NCBI GenBank assembly: GCA_963669175.1
Contig: OY769902.1
Location: 736,001 to 800,000 of the forward strand
Source of the DNA: a bacterium
Lineage (GTDB): Bacteria > Electryoneota > Electryoneia > Electryoneales > Electryoneaceae
Direction: 5' to 3'
Length of the DNA stretch: 64,000 bases
In this document: positions 9,943 to 19,330 of the stretch, piece after piece
How the letters are laid out: every line of letters starts with the position of its first letter
How positions within the stretch are numbered: the stretch's first letter is position 1
The notes under the pieces: generated by a model
The model's database searches: none
Seen by the model: the letters and a program-made list of their open reading frames with translations, nothing else
What the model was told of the DNA's origin: nothing
Program-made: the position numbers and the translations under genes

Positions 9943-11022
9943 ATGGCTTCATTTCCACTGCTTACACGCGCCTGGTGGCGTACATTTGTCTTTCGCCTGA
10001 TCGGCGCATTGTCCTCAACCAAACATGTTTCCGGTACACCGCTTCCGGAAAAACCGAACCGAATCCTGGTTTTGACACCTGTTCTGCGTGGTGATTATAT
10101 CGTGCTTTCACCGCTGATTTCGGGATTGCGAAAGCTGCGCCCCTCATCTGAACTGGCCGTCGTCATCACACGTCCAAGTCACGACCTGGCCCAAGCAGAT
10201 CCCAATGTTGACAAGGTTATTCTATATAACAAGTTGCCTCGCTGGTTTCACTCAATACATGAAGTGTTTCGTTATCATCCGGATATTGTCGTGCTGCCGA
10301 AGGGCCATCCGGCGTTTACAGAAACCATGCTGGTTCTGCTGTCTCGCGCACGTTATCGTGTCGGCTTGAGTCACCCCCATCACAATTCTTTCCTCACCCA
10401 TGCGGTGGCGCATCGCGGGGAACGTGAACACCGGACCACAGCCTATGCGCGCCTGTTGAAACCGTTCGGCGCAGATCCGGCGACCATCAGCCGACGTCTG
10501 CATATCGGGGAAGACCCTGTCGGCGAAACCAAGGCGACAGTCTGGTTCGAAGATCATCCCGGTCCGTGGGTGGCGTTGAATCTTTCCGCAGGCGCATCGA
10601 CCCGCCTCTGGCCTCTGGAACGCTGGTCACAACTGATTGTGCAACTTCATGATCTGTATCCAAAATTGCGTTTTCTGACACTCGGCGTCGGCCCACAAGC
10701 GGAAGAATGCCAACAACTGGCGGAATCATTTGACTATGTGGAAACCATAAAGACAGGCTCATTCCTTGAGGCGGTGGCGTTTGTTGCACGTTGTAGCCTG
10801 CTGGTCAGCCCGGATACGGGAACTGTCCACGCTTCCGCTGCGCGACAGGTGCCGGTGTTCGTTCTTTACAACGGCGACCGTGAAAACTACATCCGTTTCT
10901 CCCCCGCTTCTGTACAACATGATTGCGTGTTCGCGGAAGAGGGCCAGGATGTGAATAGCTTATCCGTTCCGGACGTTTTTAACAAGCTTGCGCCATTTAT
11001 CAAAACACTGGGAATCGAATGA
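9943..11022 (+). CDS. Glycosyltransferase family 9 (heptosyltransferase-like)
   Basis: GD..LSP N-terminal motif, RLWP..RW, SPDTGTVH. Confidence 0.88.
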   Translation: MASFPLLTRAWWRTFVFRLIGALSSTKHVSGTPLPEKPNRILVLTPVLRGDYIVLSPLISGLRKLRPSSELAVVITRPSHDLAQADPNVDKVILYNKLPRWFHSIHEVFRYHPDIVVLPKGHPAFTETMLVLLSRARYRVGLSHPHHNSFLTHAVAHRGEREHRTTAYARLLKPFGADPATISRRLHIGEDPVGETKATVWFEDHPGPWVALNLSAGASTRLWPLERWSQLIVQLHDLYPKLRFLTLGVGPQAEECQQLAESFDYVETIKTGSFLEAVAFVARCSLLVSPDTGTVHASAARQVPVFVLYNGDRENYIRFSPASVQHDCVFAEEGQDVNSLSVPDVFNKLAPFIKTLGIE

Positions 11023-12989
11023 ACGAAGAGCAACCTCTACCCGTATTGCTTGTGGATGAAGGACCGCCGCAGATATCCCTGTACGCTTACCTGCTGATGG
11101 CTGTCTGGTTGGTTGCGCTTGTGATCGGTGTCGTATTAACTGATACGTATTTCTTCTATTACATAATGATTGGGGCAACACTTCTGGCAATTCTTGCCAC
11201 CGTTGCAGGTTGGTTGTCACTTCCACGATACTGGTTCTTAGCCTTGTTGTTTGTATTCTGGAATGTCTTCCCCACCTTGTTTGAATTGCGATCGTCCAAC
11301 TTGAGCTACTATCGACTGGAAAGCCTGATACCATTCCTACTCCCCTTGATGTTCCTTATTGCATACCTCCTTCTTGTCCGTGGTTTCTGGTTCTTTCATC
11401 TGACATTCATCCCAATCTTTTTCCTTTGTATTGCCATTCCTGTCTCCATGCACAGGATCAGTGGACGTTGGTATAATTCCACCTTCGACGGCATTCCTTA
11501 TCATGGTCTCGGGGCTTACGCACATACGCTTTGGATAATCATAAGCACCCTGCTTCTTTTCCTCTTAATCCGGACCTACTACAAACGAATGCGCTCCTGG
11601 AAGCATCAATGGTATTTTATTTCACTCGGAACCCTACTTTTTCTCCCCCTGATTGCCAGTATGGTCCGGGTTACCATAGACATCTCTATAATTCACGACT
11701 TGGCCCCTTGTAGCGTATTTTTATTTACGGCTTTTATTGCATTGGTTGAGATCTATATCAGGCGTGATTCAACCCTTCATCCACGTGAAAGATTGACCCC
11801 TTTGCGTGGATATCTTGAAGAAATCGCTCTCGCTGCCAGTTCTTCGCTGAATTTTATCTTTCGTAAGGCACCTGAACCGATTTCTTCAGACTCCAAAACT
11901 CCTCGATTTGATGTGCATCCTTTGCGCAGTGACCCACACGGTAAACGTGTATACAGCCCCTATTTACCCGGAAAACCTGTATGGGTGCCGGTCTGTATGC
12001 ACATGCACTCAAACCGATGGGAAGGCAAGTTTACCGTAAAAGAAATGCTGGATTATTACCAGGCTTGTGGAGCTGGAAGTGTTATCATTACTGAACATAA
12101 TCGTATTACCCAAGCTGTTCATCCGGTCGCCGGCCCCCCCACATACGAACACGGCTGGGGCCCGCATCATCACCATGTTTTAGCATTGGGCGCTGAACGG
12201 ACTTTCAGCGACGCCTACCCCCTCGGAAGCGGCTTTGAACAGAAGCAAAAAACTCTGCAAACCTTGCGCAACCATTCTCGTTTTCTCGTCCTTGCTCACC
12301 CGAATCATCACAACGCCTGGACGTTTGATGATGTCAAAAAACAGGATTACGATGCTCTTGAAATCTTCAACAAATCCTGTGAATCGCTTGACCATTGGCG
12401 TCACGCTTTAAACACCGGACGCGTTGTCTGGGGAACAGCCGGGGATGATTGTCATGATTTACGCAGTCGTCATCAAACCGCAAAACGCTTTCTCCTGGTG
12501 GATGCGCGATTGACAAAACAAGAGCTCGAATACCTTGATTCTCTCACTCATACAAGTGGGGTATCAAGTTGTGAGTATAAACTTTTACCGCACGATTATA
12601 CTACTGAAATACCAGATACGGTAGCCTGCGTGGCACAGGAAAGCGACTATGGATTTAATACTATTTCCCCTGATACTCTCCTGCTATTGCTTCACCTTGG
12701 ACGTTTTGTATCTGTACAGATCAAGGATCGCTTTATCACGAGATCACTCCAGGAAGCTTTGTCAATTATGATAGAAAACATTGAACGCACTGAAGAAAAT
12801 CTGCTGTCGTTTCATTTGGATCATCAACCTGATACAGTTTCTATTATCAGTGACTTCGAGGCTGATTGTACTCAGAAAGAATATACCTATTCTTGCCTGA
12901 TTGGCACTCCGAGGGCCACATCATACTGCGCTGCAACGATTAGTAAAGCAACTACAACCATTGCACTGAACCCTGTTATACGCTACTAG
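11019..12989 (+). CDS. Multi-TM membrane protein fused to a PHP-like metallohydrolase domain
   Basis: About 7 hydrophobic segments, then PHP metal ligands HMHS, TEHN, AHP, LEIFN, GDDCH. Confidence 0.7.
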   Translation: MNEEQPLPVLLVDEGPPQISLYAYLLMAVWLVALVIGVVLTDTYFFYYIMIGATLLAILATVAGWLSLPRYWFLALLFVFWNVFPTLFELRSSNLSYYRLESLIPFLLPLMFLIAYLLLVRGFWFFHLTFIPIFFLCIAIPVSMHRISGRWYNSTFDGIPYHGLGAYAHTLWIIISTLLLFLLIRTYYKRMRSWKHQWYFISLGTLLFLPLIASMVRVTIDISIIHDLAPCSVFLFTAFIALVEIYIRRDSTLHPRERLTPLRGYLEEIALAASSSLNFIFRKAPEPISSDSKTPRFDVHPLRSDPHGKRVYSPYLPGKPVWVPVCMHMHSNRWEGKFTVKEMLDYYQACGAGSVIITEHNRITQAVHPVAGPPTYEHGWGPHHHHVLALGAERTFSDAYPLGSGFEQKQKTLQTLRNHSRFLVLAHPNHHNAWTFDDVKKQDYDALEIFNKSCESLDHWRHALNTGRVVWGTAGDDCHDLRSRHQTAKRFLLVDARLTKQELEYLDSLTHTSGVSSCEYKLLPHDYTTEIPDTVACVAQESDYGFNTISPDTLLLLLHLGRFVSVQIKDRFITRSLQEALSIMIENIERTEENLLSFHLDHQPDTVSIISDFEADCTQKEYTYSCLIGTPRATSYCAATISKATTTIALNPVIRY

Positions 12990-13623
12990 GATTCATGCTG
13001 TTTACTCCCTAACCAGCGTGTAAACCGTTCTGGATAATTTCCTGAATTAGAAGCGATCACTGTGTATTCTTTGTGAACCTGACACGGTTATCAATGCAAG
13101 AAAATGCCCATGCGAGGAACACTGAATGATTCTCAAAGTGCAAAAGTAAATACTAAGGAAAAATGTTAATAAACAACAAATACAATCCAAAATACCAGAA
13201 AAGGCCATAATTGACAAAAGGTATATGAGGACAGATATTGACATAACTATTTAATAAACAACGCATCAATGTGTGTAATAGTTGTACGTACAAAAATCAC
13301 TAACACTATCACACCAGTTTTACAAAAACCCCTTCACAGGAAAAATATAGCATACAATACAATGATATTTATGGCCATATCGATCTAGCGATTGTTGGTG
13401 AAAATGCTCATCTGAATACGCCAACAATGGGAATTTTATATATTGGGAGTCTTAAAGGAAAATACGAGGCAAGCAGAAGATGTATACTCAACTCATCTGA
13501 AAATTTCCGTTCTTAATATTGGTCCATCCTGCGTGAAGGCCATTAATGAATAATACCAGTGTATTCTAGTAGTGTTTGTGCAACAGGGAGATTATTCTCT
13601 CGGAGAATTGCTGTTCACTACAT

Positions 13624-13653
13624 AAAGAAACCTGCATCTCTGCAGGCTCTTTT
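13624..13653. terminator. Probable terminator downstream of the minus-strand genes
   Basis: AAAGAAA-CCTGCA-TCTC-TGCAGG-CTCTTTT. Confidence 0.55.
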
Positions 13654-13702
13654 CCTTCATAGAAGTGAATAGGCTATGCTACTATTATCTGAGCTTTTAA
13701 CG

Positions 13703-14260
13703 CTATAACCGCCATGAACGCTGCAAGCGATTCAACACATTTGATCCTCCGGGTAAATCAGTTGTCCACGCTTTTAACATATAAAAATTCTTCTTCTTCT
13801 GATAGACTATAACCACCTTGTATATAGCGCCCGAACGCAATGAATCAACCTCTGTTTCACCCGGAATATAGTCTTCGTTCTGTTGCACAGTACCAAGGAT
13901 AAACCCACCAACATCAGCATTCGCTTCGTCCAGAAGCTTGCCGTCAACAGGACGATACCAGGGTTGTAATCCTTCTTTTTCTGCAAGTGCCATTAAACAG
14001 TTTTTTACATTATTGCATGTTTCCGGATTAAGAATTTCAGCCATGCCATAACAAGAAACTGTTGTGATACACTCAAGGAATGCTGTGCCATTTTCATCGG
14101 TAGAAACGACCCAGGGATCATTGGTTTCAAGGTGTCCGGCCTTGCCAAGATTCACACGATGAGTGTCATCTTTGCCCTTTGAAGCGGCAATACCGGAAAG
14201 AAAAAGGAGACCAACAGTGCAAAGCAGAAGCAGTATTGAAGTGTGTCTATTGGTCAACAT
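13703..14260 (-). CDS. Hypothetical secreted protein
   Basis: 185-aa ORF with a signal-peptide-like N-terminus. It overlaps the stop of the upstream gene. Confidence 0.6.
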   Translation of the reverse strand: MLTNRHTSILLLLCTVGLLFLSGIAASKGKDDTHRVNLGKAGHLETNDPWVVSTDENGTAFLECITTVSCYGMAEILNPETCNNVKNCLMALAEKEGLQPWYRPVDGKLLDEANADVGGFILGTVQQNEDYIPGETEVDSLRSGAIYKVVIVYQKKKNFYMLKAWTTDLPGGSNVLNRLQRSWRL

Positions 14261-14861
14261 GTTGTTCTTCCTCTGTTGGCTTTTGGATGGAATCGATCAA
14301 TCGGGCCACAACAACCTCCGGATCATCGAACGAAGGGTCATAAGTATCTGCAGAAATTACAAGTATATGATATTCATAGCGTAAGCCAATGATAGCGTAC
14401 GTTCTTGAATCCAGCAAAGAACCGTCGGCACGCTGGTTTTGTTGCTGGTGCCTGATAATATAGCCACTCAGCGCTTCTGTACGCGCTAACAATGCGCTAT
14501 CTACCGGAGTCGGTTCTATTGTCAGTTTGGTTAATTGTTTCAGCCTGTTTCTTACAAACGTGGCCGGAGATTTTTTATGGGCAGAATCGGCAACCTGGGC
14601 AACCATGATGCGAAAAGCGCCGTATTCAGCATTTGCAAGCCATTGTCCCTGTTTATTTACCTGAGCAAACACAGAGGTCGGCAACTCAAGCTCTATCTGG
14701 AAGCTATCCAGAACTACGGGGCCTGTTGTGACAACTCCCGATGGCAGGCTGGCTTGCATGATTTTCGCATATTGATTATCACAACTGGAACATCCTGCGC
14801 CGAAGATCGTACAAAATGCGATGGCACAACAGATGACAACGGGAAAGAGGAGTTTCTTCAT
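14247..14861 (-). CDS. Hypothetical protein, probable lipoprotein
   Basis: MKK plus hydrophobic stretch plus GAGC lipobox-like motif. AAGGAG RBS upstream. Confidence 0.65.
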   Translation of the reverse strand: MKKLLFPVVICCAIAFCTIFGAGCSSCDNQYAKIMQASLPSGVVTTGPVVLDSFQIELELPTSVFAQVNKQGQWLANAEYGAFRIMVAQVADSAHKKSPATFVRNRLKQLTKLTIEPTPVDSALLARTEALSGYIIRHQQQNQRADGSLLDSRTYAIIGLRYEYHILVISADTYDPSFDDPEVVVARLIDSIQKPTEEEQHVDQ

Positions 14862-15120
14862 CCAGCTTACTCCTTATAAATGGTGAGTGTTATGCTCTGT
14901 TAACCTTCTTTCAGGGTTTGCCATGCCCATATGGGCTCTCGCATCAACTTGTTTATCAATAGGATACAAAATACATTTTATTTAGGTGGCAAGCAAGCAA
15001 ACAGTGCTCGCGTTCGTCTCGGAGTTCTGTTGCATACGTACATCCTCATCTCTATATTCCAAGGCTTTAGGTCAAAGAGGGAATCTTTGATTTCCGTGAT
15101 AGACGAAACAGGACAGGATC

Positions 15121-15264
15121 ATGAAGAGGACATTCCAGCCGCATAACCGTAAGCGCAAGAATAAGCACGGCTTCCGTGCTCGCATGGCTACCAAGAGCGG
15201 CCGCAAGGTGCTCCAAAGCCGTCGTGCCAAAGGCCGTAAGCGTTTGACTGTCTCTGACAACTAG
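15121..15264 (+). CDS. rpmH: 50S ribosomal protein L34
   Basis: Translated by hand (absent from the ORF track): [47 protein letters not shown]. Confidence 0.97.
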   Translation: MKRTFQPHNRKRKNKHGFRARMATKSGRKVLQSRRAKGRKRLTVSDN

Positions 15265-15265
15265 A

Positions 15266-15624
15266 GTGAGCGAAACGCTTAAAAAAGAAGAACTTCTGCG
15301 TGGACGCGATACGTTTCGAAGGCTGCTGCGCGAGGGTGAAAGGGTACACAGCCGAGGCGTTACCCTTTTTTTTTACCCTCTTCAAAACGGCGGTTCGGGA
15401 CGATTGTGCCCATAAGATCTTTCGGCGGCGCGATTCAAAGAAACTATGCGCGACGCCGGTTGCGGGAGTTTTTCCGTAGAAATAAAGAGCTCTTTCCGGA
15501 TAATACAGATTGTATTTTGCGTTTCTACTCTCCCCCACACGACTGGGATAAATGCCTGGGCAAGCTGCGGGGAATGTTAAGCACTGCCAGAAAGAGAATC
15601 GCTGATAAAGCAGCGAATAGTTAA
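15266..15624 (+). CDS. rnpA: Ribonuclease P protein component, split by a frameshift at a T9 run (15366-15374)
   Basis: GTG start gives MSETLKKEELLRGRDTFRRLLREG... The -1 frame continues RFGTIVPIRSFGGAIQRNYARRRLRE (RNR motif). Canonical position between rpmH and yidD. Confidence 0.85.
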
Positions 15625-15642
15625 AATGGTCGGGGCCAGGTT

Positions 15643-15954
15643 GTGAACAGGTGGTTATCCAGGTATGTCGCAATACCTTTCTTGAAGATCTATCATTGGA
15701 TCGGATCGCCGCTTTTTTATGCCCTGGGCAGTCGTTGCCGGTTTTATCCATCATGCAGCCATTACGCGGAAGAAGCCTTCCGCGTCCATGGATTTTCCAG
15801 GGGAATAGTGCTTTCCACGGTCCGTCTAGCCAAGTGTAATCCATTGCACCCGGGCGGATATGATCCTGTGCCGGATCCCAAAGAGACTTCGAAACACGCC
15901 TCCTGTAAGCCGCCGACCATACACATTGAGACAAGCCTGATAACGAAGCGATAA
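15643..15954 (+). CDS. yidD: Membrane protein insertion efficiency factor YidD
   Basis: [11 protein letters not shown] and [14 protein letters not shown] motifs. Confidence 0.95.
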   Translation: MNRWLSRYVAIPFLKIYHWIGSPLFYALGSRCRFYPSCSHYAEEAFRVHGFSRGIVLSTVRLAKCNPLHPGGYDPVPDPKETSKHASCKPPTIHIETSLITKR

Positions 15955-15958
15955 CGTC

Positions 15959-17779
15959 ATGGACCGTAAAAGCATTTTTGCCATGTTGCTGGTAGGGTTA
16001 ATCCTGATTCTCTGGAAGCCCTATGTGGACTGGGTAAATCCGCCTGCAGAAGAGGAAGCCACAGAAGCTGTCACTTCTGATGTGGCGCATTCAACCAGAC
16101 CGGAAGGATTGGCAGATATACCTGAATCACAACCCCCGGCCAGGGATCAGGCTGCCCCTGTTGCACCAGTACCAACCACCCCAGAAGACACGGATACAAC
16201 AGCTCAGGCCTGGTTTACGGCGGATCCTTTTGATGCCGGCGAAGATGTTGTTATTGAAACACCGCTATACCGTGCAACCTTTGATACTCGCGGTGCGAGA
16301 ATTACTTCCTGGATCATTAAACCGACAGAACCTTATCTCCATAAACCACCGGTATTGGACTTGGTTAGAAGTCGTGATCAGGACCAGAATCTAACTCTTA
16401 CCGCAGAAATACGTGGTCAGCGACGCATCTTCAATACAGGCACAAAGCTTTTCGAGGCCAGCACAAAGAACCTGGTTTTATCTGAAACAGACAGTTCCGG
16501 CACGGTTGAATTTACCCTGTTCTTGGGACCAAATACCTGGTATCGCGAAACATATGTGTTCCACGCAGATCGTTATGCAGTAGATATCTACCTGGAAAGT
16601 AATGGTTTCGGCGCTTTGACCGGCGCTATGCAGGTTGCGTTTGGCTGGGGTGGCGGTATGGCACACACTGAACCTGACACCGCCCAGGATTTGTACTACA
16701 CCGAAGCTTTCTACCTGATGGGTGGCGAAAAAGAAACCTTCAAAACCAAAGGCAAGGAAGTTGACGAAGAAATCCCCATGGGTAACACACGCTGGGTAGC
16801 GCAGCGTTCCAAATATTTCCTTATGGCCCTGGTGCCAGAAAAGCCTGCCATGGGCGCACGCATGTATACCTGGCCAGATGAACGCTACAAGGGTAAATAT
16901 CTACCGAAACTGTTCGAAACAGACCTCTTGATCGGAATTCCCCAGGGTGATTTGAATCGTCATATCACCATGTATTTTGGCCCACTGGAACAACATGCTA
17001 TCACGGCCGTTGATCCGACTCTTGAACAGACCATGTCCTGGGGTTGGCCGATTATTAAGCCGTTCTCGAAGATTATTCTCTGGACTCTGATCTTCCTGCA
17101 CAAATATATCCCGAATTACGGCCTTGTGTTGATCCTGTTCTCGATCATGATCAAGCTGATTGTATGGCCCTTGACCCACAAATCTTATCAATCCACCAAA
17201 CGCATGCAGATGCTTCAACCTTTGATGAAGCAGATCCAGGCAAAGTATAAGAGCGACCCGCAGAAGATGAATGCCGAAGTGATGGGCTTATATAAGACTT
17301 ATAAGGTGAATCCCGCGGGCGGTTGCTGGCCGATGTTGCTTCAGATGCCGCTTCTGTATGGTCTGTTTATTGTCTTCCGCTCTACCATTGAATTACGCAA
17401 TATGCCTTTCGTGTTGTGGATCAATGACTTGTCCCAGCCGGATGTATTGTTCAACCTACCGTTCTCTATCCCGCTTTACGGCGATCATGTGGCGGTGTTG
17501 CCGTTTGTGATGGCGCTGTCTACGTTCCTGCAAATGCGCTCCACAACGACTGATCCGAACCAGAAGATGATGGCCTACATGATGCCGGGTATGTTTATCT
17601 TCCTGTTTAACCAGTTTCCAAGCGGTCTAACCCTTTACTATACCCTGTTTAACCTGTTAAGTTGGGGACAACAGAAGCTGATGAAGGTTTCGGATCCGGG
17701 TATGGAGAAAGCAATTGATGACGCCATTGCTGATCTGGAGAAACATGGCAAAGGGAAAAAGGGTAAAAAGAAGCAGTAA
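15959..17779 (+). CDS. yidC: Membrane protein insertase YidC
   Basis: NYGLVLILFSIMIK, NPAGGCWPMLLQMP, WINDLSQPD, PSGLTLYY. Confidence 0.97.
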   Translation: MDRKSIFAMLLVGLILILWKPYVDWVNPPAEEEATEAVTSDVAHSTRPEGLADIPESQPPARDQAAPVAPVPTTPEDTDTTAQAWFTADPFDAGEDVVIETPLYRATFDTRGARITSWIIKPTEPYLHKPPVLDLVRSRDQDQNLTLTAEIRGQRRIFNTGTKLFEASTKNLVLSETDSSGTVEFTLFLGPNTWYRETYVFHADRYAVDIYLESNGFGALTGAMQVAFGWGGGMAHTEPDTAQDLYYTEAFYLMGGEKETFKTKGKEVDEEIPMGNTRWVAQRSKYFLMALVPEKPAMGARMYTWPDERYKGKYLPKLFETDLLIGIPQGDLNRHITMYFGPLEQHAITAVDPTLEQTMSWGWPIIKPFSKIILWTLIFLHKYIPNYGLVLILFSIMIKLIVWPLTHKSYQSTKRMQMLQPLMKQIQAKYKSDPQKMNAEVMGLYKTYKVNPAGGCWPMLLQMPLLYGLFIVFRSTIELRNMPFVLWINDLSQPDVLFNLPFSIPLYGDHVAVLPFVMALSTFLQMRSTTTDPNQKMMAYMMPGMFIFLFNQFPSGLTLYYTLFNLLSWGQQKLMKVSDPGMEKAIDDAIADLEKHGKGKKGKKKQ

Positions 17780-17805
17780 CCGGCAGGTTTGATTTAGCGT
17801 GCAAC

Positions 17806-17840
17806 ACCCGGCCGGATTATTTTGTGGCCGGGTTTCTTTT
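17806..17840 (+). terminator. Probable terminator after yidC
   Basis: ACCCGGCC...GGCCGGGT followed by TTCTTTT. Confidence 0.6.
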
Positions 17841-17849
17841 GGGTAAAAG

Positions 17850-19190
17850 ATGAACTATTCGACGACAGATACGATTGCGGCAATTTCTTCCGGGCAGCAC
17901 CCGCAAGCTATTGGTATCATTCGTCTTTCCGGGCCGGAATCCTGGACTATCGCGCAGCAACTGGTCGGATCGGACTCGCTGTTCAGTGCGCAAAAGGCAA
18001 CACAACGTGACCTGCTTGAGGCTGACTCTTCACTACTTGACCAGGCTGTAATTCTCCCCTGGAAAAGCCCACATTCTTATACTGGTGAAGATATTATAGA
18101 ATTGATGTGTCATGGTTCCCCGGTTGTTCTGCACATGGTTCTGGACAGGTGTATTAAACTTGGCGCACGTCAGGCCGAGCCGGGCGAATTCACCCTGCGT
18201 GCGTTTCTGAATGGCAAACTGTCGCTGGACCAGGCAGAAGCTGTTGAACGTCTGATTGCTTCGAAGACTACCGCTTCGGCTCAAAGCGCCGTGCGTCAAT
18301 TAAACCGCGGGTTACGCGACCGTGTTGCAGCAATCTATGAAGAGGCGTTATCCCTTCGTACCTATATCGCATCATCGATTGATTTTATTGAGCAGGAACT
18401 GGAGCTGATTTCGCCAGCTCAGGTCATTGATATTATTACCGATGCGAACAGTCGCATATCTGAATTGATCAAGCAGTATGCTGCGGGCCGGGTTTTGTCA
18501 CAGGGCGCCACTGTTGTGCTGGCCGGACCTCCTAATTCCGGAAAAAGCACATTGTTAAATACGTTGAGTGGACAGAACCGTGCCATTATCAGCGATATCC
18601 CTGGAACCACACGTGATTTCATTGATGTTGTACTTGATTGGGGTGGTGTTCCGGTTAGATTGATTGATACGGCAGGGCTCCATGAAGCTACCGAATCTAT
18701 TGAAACTGAAGGTGTTGGGCGTGCCAGGGACTTGATGAATACGGCGGATGTTGTGATCTGGCTGAAATCGCCTCCAGAATATCAGGATATACCGAAAGAA
18801 TTGGATGCATCGGCTGTTGTTTTCCCCGTGTTGTCGAAGTGTGACCTGGATGAGGTAAATGAACTTACCTCTGACAACCTGTTGAAGGTCAGCGGAAAGA
18901 CCGGGTTTGGCCTGGCAGAGCTGCGTACGGAAATCCTGAACCACCTGCTATCGGGCTATGATCCTTCGGACGTGGTGGTTGCTGAACAGCGTCATCATGA
19001 TTTACTTATCTCGGCAAATAGTGCCTTGCTGCGCGCTGAAAAGTTGGTATCCATAAGTAATCTGGATCAGGCGGAACTGATTGACACAGAACTCACCACC
19101 ACCCTTGAATCACTCAACGGGATTCTCGGGGGCAACCACACCGAGGAATTGCTCAATTCCATATTTTCTCGTTTCTGTATCGGGAAGTAA
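17850..19190 (+). CDS. mnmE: tRNA modification GTPase MnmE
   Basis: DTIAAIS, GPPNSGKSTL, GTTRD, DTAG, terminal FCIGK. Confidence 0.97.
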   Translation: MNYSTTDTIAAISSGQHPQAIGIIRLSGPESWTIAQQLVGSDSLFSAQKATQRDLLEADSSLLDQAVILPWKSPHSYTGEDIIELMCHGSPVVLHMVLDRCIKLGARQAEPGEFTLRAFLNGKLSLDQAEAVERLIASKTTASAQSAVRQLNRGLRDRVAAIYEEALSLRTYIASSIDFIEQELELISPAQVIDIITDANSRISELIKQYAAGRVLSQGATVVLAGPPNSGKSTLLNTLSGQNRAIISDIPGTTRDFIDVVLDWGGVPVRLIDTAGLHEATESIETEGVGRARDLMNTADVVIWLKSPPEYQDIPKELDASAVVFPVLSKCDLDEVNELTSDNLLKVSGKTGFGLAELRTEILNHLLSGYDPSDVVVAEQRHHDLLISANSALLRAEKLVSISNLDQAELIDTELTTTLESLNGILGGNHTEELLNSIFSRFCIGK

Positions 19191-19192
19191 GA

Positions 19193-19208
19193 TGTTTCAC
19201 GTGAAACA
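19193..19208. promoter_or_regulatory. parS site (perfect consensus)
   Basis: TGTTTCACGTGAAACA within a 20-bp perfect palindrome (19191-19210), intergenic. Confidence 0.9.
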
Positions 19209-19330
19209 TCTCCTATCTCCTGTTATTGTTTCATTCTCCCAAACCTCCGGGTTCCCTCCAAATCTCATTTGCGGCAACCCGGGTAAAGTTGTACCTTGTG
19301 CGCCTTGACAAGCGGAGAAAGCTGACGGTC

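Noticed and set aside
15188-15934. 248-aa minus-strand ORF
   Set aside because: Antisense to rpmH/rnpA/yidD, which explain the region.
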